From the human T2T-CHM13v2.0 reference genome, Homo sapiens, in NCBI RefSeq assembly GCF_009914755.1, contig NC_060946.1: DNA of 64,000 nt; one strand, 5' to 3'. Position 1 is the first letter of the stretch; every line of letters begins with the position of its first letter. This document shows, one piece after another, positions 53,645 to 64,000 of this stretch. The notes below the pieces were generated by a model. That model was not told the origin of the DNA. It did not search any database and worked only from the letters and a program-made list of their open reading frames with translations. Made by a program: the position numbers and the translations under genes.

Positions 53645-54125
53645 TGTATCTGTTTGGCTGCACATGGAAAATCCCTAAGCAACAGTGGCTTAACAACATA
53701 GAAGTTTCTTTTTCCCAGCATATAAAAGATGCCCAGAGGTAGCAGTTTCAGGCTAGTATGGTTGCTCCAGAGTGAGAGTGGGAATCCAGCTTCCTCTCTT
53801 TCTGTTGCATCATCTTCACATATGGCTTCCATCCTCAAGGTAACCTCATGGTCCAAAATAGCTGCTGAAGCTCCAGCTATCACCTCCAAGTTGCAGGCTG
53901 GAAGAAGGAAGAAAGACAGAGGGACAAAAATGAACCCCTCCCACCTAAGTCAACTGCCATTGAGCAGCCTTTTTTGGAAGACATACACAATGTTTCTATT
54001 CTCATCTCCTTGGATCACGTTTAGTCACTTGACTGCACCTAGTGGCAACGGAGTATAGGAAGGAAATAGACCTTTTTATTCTGTGTAGCAATAAACTCAG
54101 CTAAAACCTTGGCTTCTGTTGCCAG
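53645..54125. mobile_element. Old MLT1 (J/K-like) LTR
   Basis: aacagtggcttaacaacatagaagttt ... ctcatggtccaaaatagctgctgaagctccagc. Confidence 0.65.
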
Positions 54126-54357
54126 GAGGAAAGGGACACGGTCTTCCATTGTCTTTCAGACTAGGTAGCTGACATTGTCTGCCATACCTGCTCTTAATTC
54201 TCTCCACCCCCTGCTTCTGAATGCTGGAATTTTTGAATTTCTTTCCCAAACCTAAAGTTTTCTCTAAGACTTTTCATCTCCTTGACTATTTGCTCTATTT
54301 TATATATCTATCTTTTTCATTTGTGGTATCCATTCTGTGGTTTGGCCCACTATTGAT

Positions 54358-54667
<310 letters not shown>

Positions 54668-55254
54668 TTTGATCGATTTTTTTTTAAATTATGGATCTCA
54701 TATCTTCAAATTCCAAGAACTCTGTTCTTTGCATAGAAGTGTCTTCTTTTAAATGGCTATGATTCTCAAATCTCCCTGAGGATGCTGATTTAGATGTCTT
54801 AATGTACTCTTTTATTTTTGCTGTATATGTACATGTCTGTAGAAGTGTCTGCTGGGTTAGCATATGTCAGAATAGATGTGCGCTGTTTTGACATTTGGGA
54901 AATTGAATCACTATTGGCATAGAGGTCAGGGACAGAGTCTAGAGGCAGCCCACTGTGGGCTCGAATCTCAACCTGTTCCTTACCAACCGTGTGACTGTCG
55001 ACCAATTACATAACATCCCACCCCTGTTTTCTCATCTACAAAGTGGAGCTTCTAGTGGTAACCTATACATAGATGTATTCATATCCGTAAAACCTTTTGA
55101 ATAATGCCTGGCTCATGGAAAACACTGCAATATTGTCAGCCACTATCATGAATTCTCTCTGTGTATGTGAGTACTGTTTGTGCTCTTTGATGATATTGAT
55201 TTGTTTTAACCTTTTAAAGTAAAAGACACTAACCTGTCCTCCATAATTCTGGTT

Positions 55255-55550
55255 GGTATGGTCTATATGTTGAAGTGCACCCAAGTTTATGTTGCAACCT
55301 AAGCCCCAATGTGAGAATATCTGGAGGTAGTGCCTGTGGCACCCTATAAAATACCCCAGCGAGCTCCCTTGCTTATTCCATGTGAGATTACAGGGAGAAG
55401 ACTGCAAGGAACAGGCCCTCACCAGATAGTGAATCTGCCCGCACCTTGATCTTGAACTTCCCAGCCTCCAGAACTATGAGAAATAAACTTTGTTACTAGT
55501 AAGCCACTCCATCTATGGTATGTTGTTACAGTAGCCTAACGGATGAGTAC
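55255..55550 (+). mobile_element. MLT1A/B-like LTR
   Basis: caccttgatcttgaacttcccagcctccagaactatgagaaataaa ... ctatggtat...gttacag. Confidence 0.75.
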
Positions 55551-55943
55551 ATTGGTGCAAAGATTTTCTGTTTGCACTCCGTCCTTTCCTTTTATGGTTC
55601 AGTCAGTTTGACAAATTACAGAAGATTTCACTTTTATGTACTTCTGCCAGCCTTTGTCTCTGTGATGTCTCCTATGCTTTTAAGCTTAAAGAGTTCAAAG
55701 GCATTCACTCCTCTGGTTTGCAGCTTTCATAGGATGTAACATTTTACATTTAAATTTATAATTAACTTGTTATTTGGGGAATGGTGTGAAATGGGGTTTT
55801 AGATAGGCATTTTTATGTTGTTAATCAATGATTTTAGCATTTTTTTAAATTTAATATTTCATCACTTCACATTGATTCCTGATTCCTTCTCAGTCTGGGG
55901 TCAAGTAGAGTTTGTTTCCAGCCAGCATGTCCATTGATAGATT

Positions 55944-56433
55944 CTGTGTGTATGTGTGTCTGTGCATGTATCTGTATGTGTGTGTGTATGTCTGTGTGTA
56001 GGTGGTATATGCGAGTGTGCATGTGTGTGTGTGTTGTGCATGTATGTGTATGTGTGTCTGTGTATGTGTGTGCCTCTGTGTGTGAATTTGTGTGTATGTG
56101 TGAATGTGTGTGCATGTTTGTGTGTATATGTGTATATATGTGTATATACATGTATGTATCTGTGTTGTTCGTGTGTGTATGTGTGTCTGTGTCTCTGTGT
56201 GTGTGTTTGTATGTGTGTGTGCATGTTTGTGTGTGTATATTGTATGTATCTGTGTGTGTCTGTGTCTGCCTCTGTGTGTGTGTCTGTGTGTGCATTTGTG
56301 TGTATACATGTGGGTATGTGTGTGCATGTTTTGTGTGTACGTGTATATATGTATGTATCTGTGTGTGTCTGTGTGTTGTGCGTGTGTGTGCCTGCATGTG
56401 TCCGTGTGCTTGTGTGTGTGTGTGTGTTTGCGT
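55944..56433 (+). repeat. ~490-bp degenerate (TG)n/(TATG)n tract
   Basis: Directly visible alternating purine-pyrimidine sequence; source of the His/Thr and Cys/Val ORFs. Confidence 0.95.
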
Positions 56434-56980
56434 GGGCATCTTGAGTGAAGCTTCCAACAATCTAACAGAAGAAAAGGAGCCACACTTGTCTGTTCTGCTC
56501 TCTTGGGTACTTCCCAGACCAGTGAAATGAAAGGGAGGAAACCCCCGGCCTCCGAGGAGAAAAGGGAACTGGCAAGCAGAGGGTGGGGGGATGACGGTAA
56601 AAGGAGCAGGGGTGGGGAGAGCACAGGCCCTGTGGAAGTGAGGACATGTGTGTGTACATGTGTTCATGTCCAGGGGATGACACTGTGGCATCCAACAGCC
56701 GTGGACCAGCAGCCCACGGGGAGCTTAGTAGGAGTCAAATCCTAGGCCCCCGTCTCAGCTGCTCTGCTGTCTAGCGCATTGTGCAGTGGTAGGTGTCAGT
56801 GATCCAAGTGGGGACCCAGTCCCTCAGGCCACACAGCGCATGTCCATTGCCTTCATGCCGCAGGAGACTGAGGGGTCATGCATGAGGGCCACTTCTCTGG
56901 GTTGTCCCCACAACACTGGCGGTGTCCCTGGGACACGTGGAAGGGGAGGGGCAGCTCACTGCTGACATCTCCTTCTGCAG

Positions 56981-57152
56981 GCCTGGAGGAGGCAGAGGCC
57001 AGGAGGGAGAGGTCCCAAGAGCCTGTGAAATGGGTCTGGCCTGGCTCCCAGCTGGGCAGGAACACAGGACTTCAGGACACTAAGGACCCTGTCATGCCCA
57101 TGGCCAGCACCCACCAGTGCTGGTGCCTGCCTGTCCAGAGCTGACCAGGGAG
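56981..57152 (+). other. CSF2RB: CSF2RB exon 2, 5' UTR part (contains uORFs 57030-57083 and 57094-57144)
   Basis: Branch-like gctgac and acceptor ccttctgcag| ending 56980. Confidence 0.88.
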
Positions 57153-57228
57153 ATGGTGCTGGCCCAGGGGCTGCTCTCCATGGCCCTGCTGGCCCTGTGC
57201 TGGGAGCGCAGCCTGGCAGGGGCAGAAG
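57153..57228 (+). CDS. CSF2RB: CSF2RB exon 2 coding part (signal peptide)
   Basis: gagATGG; MVLAQGLLSMALLALCWERSLAGAE; donor AAG|GTGAGT, phase 1. Confidence 0.97.
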
Positions 57229-57833
57229 GTGAGTCCCGTGGCTCCCACCCACTTCCCTGTCCCTGTCCTCACTGCTGCACCCTGGGGGAGGGCCGCAGCG
57301 TATCCTCAGGATCCTGCCCGCCAGCCCTTCTCCTGCTCCCCTCCCTCTATCTCTCCCCCTGGCCTTCCCTGGGCCTCCCCCGCTTCCCTCCTCCTGCACA
57401 TTCCTGCTCATCCTGTCCTGGAAAGTCCAGCTGAGCGTGTCTGGCTTCCTTGCCCACATTTCTCAGGGCGGCACTCCCGGCCCCTAGGCTCCAGGATGGC
57501 TGCTCTGGCCGTTTCCCTGCCCCTCCTTCCCCAGCAGACACTCTCTGTGCCTCAGTGGTTCCCACCTCCGGGACTTTGCTCCTGCAGGGCCTTGGCTGGG
57601 GTTCTCTCCCTGCTTCAGCCGCTAGCACCCTCCTTGTGCCTGAAGCCCGCACTGGGATGCTCCTGGGCTCTTGAGGTGAAACGGCCCCTCCCAAGGGCTC
57701 CCAGAGACCTGGCTTCTGTGATAATGCTGGGACCACAGTCCCCTTAACAAATACCAGGCTCCTGAGGACGGGGACTAGAGAGGAGGTGGGAGGTTGCAGG
57801 GTAGAACTCTGCCACGCTGCATCCCAGGGCTGA

Positions 57834-58313
<480 letters not shown>

Positions 58314-59439
58314 TGAGTGATGCTGGGTGCAGGGGCCACGGGCAGGGGCTACGACGTCCCCTGTGCCTGGCATGGGGCGACAGTGTAGAGAGGGACCTGT
58401 CAGGTCAGCCTCGGGGTGGGAGTGGACAGAGGACAGAGGAGGAGGGAGGCCCTGCAAGAGCTCCTGCTCCGCCAGGCACCTGCGAGGCCGGCTGCTGCCG
58501 TCTGACCTGGGGTTTCTGCGGAGTGCCTCCTACACTGATGTTGGTGACAATGGTGGTGGTGGCAATGGTGAAAATCTTCTCTTGTTTCATCACAATTTAA
58601 CACAATTGCCCCACATGACCTATCTTAGTTCCTCCTCACTGTGAGGTGGGCAGGGCCAGGCCACGAAGCCCCAGCTGTGCCACTGCCTGCCTGTCCAGAG
58701 TAGACCAAGGAGAGATGGCGCTAGCCTGGGAGTTCACAGATGGGAAAACTGAGGCCCTGGAGGTGAGGTGCCAGCCCTGGCCACGGGGTAGACAGTGGCA
58801 GAGCAAGCTGTGTGGACGTGTCTGGGAGGGGGCTCCGCGCTCTCCCAGGGCCCCCCTCCGTATGTGGGCTGCCACCTCTCCCACCCAAGCTCTCCTGGGC
58901 ACGTGCCACAAGGGAAGGGGACCAGAATCGCTCTGGGGTGTTGGCCAGGGTCTAAATCAGCCATAAATTAAGTAATTAAATAGCTGGAACCAGAGAGGCA
59001 GATGACAACCCATTGGAGGTCACCCCAGCGTTGGGGGGCGGGGCCGGCTCTGCCACCCCCACCCCTCCACCGCCTTCAGTTCTCCAGGGCGTCTCTGTCG
59101 GACCTTCTCCATTCTCCTCAAAGACCATCCTGCCCCTCCCTGTGACCTGCTTCCTGCTGCTCTGACACAACAGGGGACCAGGGAGAAGCTCCCCACCCAC
59201 CCCACACTCACACTCCCCACCCCCTTTGCCCACCGCCGGGGCCTGGGCCTGGACCAGGGCTCCTGTCTGAGGCCTGAGACACGATGCTGTCTGGTCCTGT
59301 TGCTCAGGAACATCACGGCCCCCAAGTCCCCACTCTGCCCTGTGCCACCCACCATGCCCTCTCCCAGGATCTTTCCCAATTGCCTTGCAAACCTGCCCCA
59401 ACCCCCTCTCAGATGCCCACAGGAGTGCAGCGCCTGGGC

Positions 59440-60890
59440 ATCTCCTGACCTGGCAACCCTGCGGCCCCTCTTTCTCTGCTTCCTTTGACAGCAGCATTCC
59501 CTAAAGAGTTGTCCACATTCACCACGTCCAGTGTCTTTCCAGCCATTTCCTCCTGGGCCCACTCCCCTAGGATGCTGCCCCCACCAGGCCACCCAAACTG
59601 CTCTGGTCCAAGTCAGCAAATGTCCCAGGGAGCAGGATCTCATGGTTGGGCCTCCGCCTTCTTCCTACTTGACCAGGGGCAGCCCCTGACAAGGAGGACC
59701 ACCGCGGCCTCCCTGCAGTTTCTCTTGCACCTGACTCTGCCCACAGCTCACCCAGTGCCCCCGGGGCCCTGCCCATCCTCCTCTTTCTCCTTGTCTGCTG
59801 CCTCCTGATGGCAAGACACCCAGGCCCAGTCCATGGACCTCCTCTCTGCTGTATCCACTCTGCAGAGACCCCCTCAGGCCCCTGGGGCATCTCCCAAAGG
59901 TGACCTCAAGCCCACAATTCCCCTAAGCTCCAGCCCTCCAGGCGTACTGGCCTCTCCACCTGTCACTTAGACAACAGGTGTCTCCGACTCCAAACGTCCT
60001 CAACCAAAGTCCCGCTCTCACCCGAGCTGCGCTGCTGCCTCTGTCTTCCCCATCTCCCTTTCTAAATGGGAGCTCCTAGTGGCTCAAACTAAACAACAGG
60101 GAGGATTTTGTTTTGTTTTTAAGTCTCTTTTGTCACCATTCCTTCCTGACTGCTACATCCCTCCACCAGCAAATGCTGCCAACCTTATCTCAAGCAGAAC
60201 ATGAATCTCACCCACGCCAGCCTGACCACCCTGTTGCACGCCACTTCCTGTCACCTGAATATTCCAGAAGCCTCGTAACTGGGCTCCCTGCTTCCAACAT
60301 TGCCACATTCCCACCTCAGTCTATTCGCAACCGAGGACCCTCAGGAATCCTTTCAAAGCATTTATCAAAATCTACAACACCTCTGCTCATGACTGTTTCC
60401 CACTCACTCGCAGTGAGATCCAATCCCATCATGTAGATGGATGGGTCTCCTAGACCTCCCTATCACACGCTCTACTCCCTGCGCACTGGTTTTAGGCCAA
60501 GCCACGCAGCACACCAAACTCTGCCTGTCCCAGGGCCTTTGCACGTGCTGTTCCCATTTCCTGAAATCCTCACAATTTGCACAGTCCCTCCCTCAATGCC
60601 TTTAACATTCTGCCCCCAGGTCACCTCCTTAGAGAAGCCTGCTTGTCCCATATTTCAAATTGCCTCCCTGGCCCAGCCCTTCCTCCCTCCTCACCTGCTT
60701 CTTGCTTTATTTTTCCACATGAAGTTCTCTCCACTGCACACGCTACACACTTTGTTCCATGCGGGTCCCCTTCTCCCAGGATGGCAGCTCCGTGGGCAGG
60801 ATTTTTGTGTGTTTTATCACTGCTGGCCCCTGATTCTGAACAGAGCCAGGCATGTGGTGAGCACTCGAGGAACCTTTCGTGAGTCAGTGA
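59440..60890. mobile_element. L2 LINE fragments
   Basis: acagcagcatt, ccatctc, cctcgtaactgggctccctgcttcca, cagggcctttgcacgtgctgttccc, gagcactc 3'-end motifs. Confidence 0.7.
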
Positions 60891-60911
60891 TACCCATACA
60901 CCCTGGGCTAA

Positions 60912-61340
<429 letters not shown>

Positions 61341-64000
61341 TAAGCCATGGGCTTCCAGCACTGCAGGCTTGTCTTGAAGAAAACCGTTCTCACCACTCAC
61401 TTAGAAACCTACCAAGTTAGAAAACTCTGTCCGCTTAGTTGTTTCATCTCATCTCTGAAGCAACCCATTTCCTGGATGTGGCCCTTGAGGCCCAGGAGGT
61501 CAGATGCCTCCTCTGAAGTCCCACAGCTGAGCAGTAATGACAGAGATGGGGTCAGCCTTCCCGGGGGCTTCCTGCATGGTAGACAGGGAGCTTGTCTCCT
61601 CGCTGCCCTGGAGGAGGGGCCCCGGTGTGGGCCGAAATCCCACAGTGGTCCATGAAGCCATCTGTGGTCTAGGGTGGGGTAGATGATTATTTTATGTAGT
61701 TAGGTTTTATTTGCCTCTATATTAGAAAGAAATATAACCTGCACTTCGAAGTCCTGGATTCAAGGAAATGGTTGCTTAGAATGAAGCTAAACCTGAAAAG
61801 GGACACGTTTTATGAAAGTTTTCGTTGACGTGGCAAAAACCCATGCTGGTGGCAGGCTGGTAGGAGGTACTGCAGGCTGTCATTGGGAGTCTCAGAACCA
61901 CGGCAGGCTTGGTGCTGTTATTGGTGCCTTTGGCTGCTGCTGAAACGGAGACAGAGGGAGGTGACTAGTCCAAGGCCTCTCTACTGCTGCTGGCAGAGCT
62001 GAGATCCAGTGCAGGATGGTCTGAGTCCCCGGTCCTAACCACCGAACCACCTGGTGCTCTTTGCAAGGGTCACACGGAAGGGGCTCTGACCATGGCTTCC
62101 TGCCCTTTTTTGCCACAACATCATAAAGCCACTGCCAGAGGAGGGGATCAGTTAGGCCACCAGGAGTCCATCAGAAGCAACATTTCCACACATGGGTTTG
62201 ATGGACACGAGAGTCCCTTCCTTCCCGAATGGAGCTCAGGGGGCCCAGGCTGGAGGGAGGGGAAACACTGTATGCCGTCCACCGTGAGAACTTACTGACA
62301 GTGGCGGGTGGGTGCCTCATGCAGGGGGTAAAGGGCAGGGCCCCTGGGAGATCAGAACAGGCTTCCCAGAGGGAAGAGCTTTGCAACTCAGATCTGAAGG
62401 GTAGACAGGAGGGGAGGGCAGTAAGAGCCTCTCTGGCAGGGTAACAGCTGTGCAGAGGCTGGGGGATCAGAAGGGCATGGGCAGCTGGGGAACCTGCTCA
62501 CCATTGTGTCCAGGGAGCATCAGCTTCAAGGGCTGGACAGCGGTGGGAAGAAGCAGGAGACACAGGTAAGGACCTGTCCCTGGAGAGGCTTCTGTCTCCT
62601 GCAGTCTCAGGTAGAGGGGACCCTCTAGGCATGGAGAGCACTGAGGGGAAATGACATGATCAGATGTGGATGTGAGAATGCTGGGGACAGGGGACTTACA
62701 GGGTAGATTGGAGGAGCATTAGTTGGGAAAGAAGTTGAAATTCAGGCTGTGGCCTAAAGCACTCATTCCTAGAAATGATGAGGACACAACTGGCTAGGAG
62801 ATGGGGACATGAGGGCATGCAAATCATAGTTCAGATATACACACAATTCATTCATTCAACCTTCTTTCCTTGAGCGCCTACATAAGCCAACGAAGCAGTC
62901 AACAAACCAGCCAGCAACCCTGCCCTTGGAGCTTACAGCCTGGAAACAAGGAAGGTTTCTAAGGCGATGGAGACAACTTAGATATAGGGAGAGAAGTGTG
63001 GCCCTTGGCCTCCTGGAGCCTGTGTTGAGTAGCGAGGTAGGGTCCAGCCTAATGCAGATTAGCAATGAATCAAGGATGCTGGGAGGTACTGGGCAGGCGA
63101 CAGGCATGCATCTGATCTGCTCTGAGTCTCCATGTTTGGAGACCTTGGACATTTTACTTCCTCTATGAGTTTCTCCGTCTGTGAAATGAGCTGGTGGACT
63201 CAAGAGGTTTCTCTTGAGTTGGCTGAGCAGGTTTCTGATGGGGCTCCCAGTCTGCGCAGTTTGTGGCAGCTTCCGAGAGGGCTCTGCCGGGAAGAGCTCC
63301 CCCTCCATGACAGCCTCGGGGGCTGGGAGTGCAGTGACCCATGAGGGACGCCTGTCCTGGCTGTGGGTGAGGAGGGGCGGTTCCCCTGCTGTGTGTCTGC
63401 CGTTCTGGGTTGATGGTTCCTGACATGCTCTAGCATGCCATAACCCATGTCCAGCAGAGAGCACTTACATCCTATGTGTGAGGATGTTTTCGTTTGAAAG
63501 CCATCCCTCAGCAAGCAGACACCAGAAACCAGAAATCAGGTGCCGTGTCTTCATTCTGCATTTTCTTGAACAACCCAGAGTTCCCAGGAGATAGATGCTT
63601 GCCTTGTGGCTGCAAGGATTTCATGAGAAGCCCCAAAGTTGCTTACGCGTATTTGTTCATTCATTCACTCATTCACCTTGCCCCATAATTCACTGAGAAG
63701 CCGCATCTCAGCCTGGAGGTAGGGAAGGGGGTCAGGACCAATCCCACCCACCCCCATCTCCTCACACCTTAGGGGAGGCAGACACAGAAGCATAGGAATC
63801 CCTCAGCTGTGGTAAGGCCCTGGTGGAGGGAATTCCACTGAGCTATGGTGAAATGAGAGAAGGAATGAGGGATTCCGCCTGGAGATGCAGATCCGAGGAT
63901 GTTCCTAGAGCCGGAGGCATTTGCCCGGGGCACTGACAACAGGAAGGACCCTGGGCAGGAGGAAGGGAGCTTGGACAGCAGGAGGGGGGAGGCCGCTGAA

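Noticed and set aside
55867-56691. Long His/Thr-rich and Cys/Val-rich ORFs on both strands
   Set aside because: Translations of the (TG)n tract.

Overview
Human genomic DNA (chr22q12.3), recognised from the encoded proteins. Bases 1-~12975 hold the 3' part of NCF4 (p40phox, NADPH oxidase subunit; end of exon 3 through exon 10, + strand). About 35.6 kb of intergenic DNA follows, made largely of nested transposon relics: old L1M, Alus, MaLR/ERVL/ERV1 LTRs, a near-complete MST provirus, a Tigger transposase fossil, MER20/30/58/91 and MIR/L2. The 5' part of CSF2RB (common beta chain of the IL-3/IL-5/GM-CSF receptors; promoter, non-coding exon 1, coding exons 2-4, + strand) starts at ~48586. All exon boundaries were checked by hand for GT/AG and reading-frame continuity. 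Nearly all ORFs in the supplied track are repeat-derived or chance ORFs. I see no new protein-coding system, RNA gene or CRISPR array. The most unusual structures are: (1) a ~950-bp 12-mer minisatellite directly behind NCF4 exon 7 whose unit is a copy of the exon-7 5' splice site; (2) a relic copy of the CSF2RB start-codon region inside intron 3; (3) two uORFs in CSF2RB exon 2; (4) several short locally templated insertions; (5) a compact STAT6/NF-kB/GATA/ETS/RUNX motif cluster and a transposon-borne CTCF motif between the two genes. Repeat subfamily names are from recall of consensus sequences and repeat coordinates are approximate; both need RepeatMasker/Dfam confirmation.
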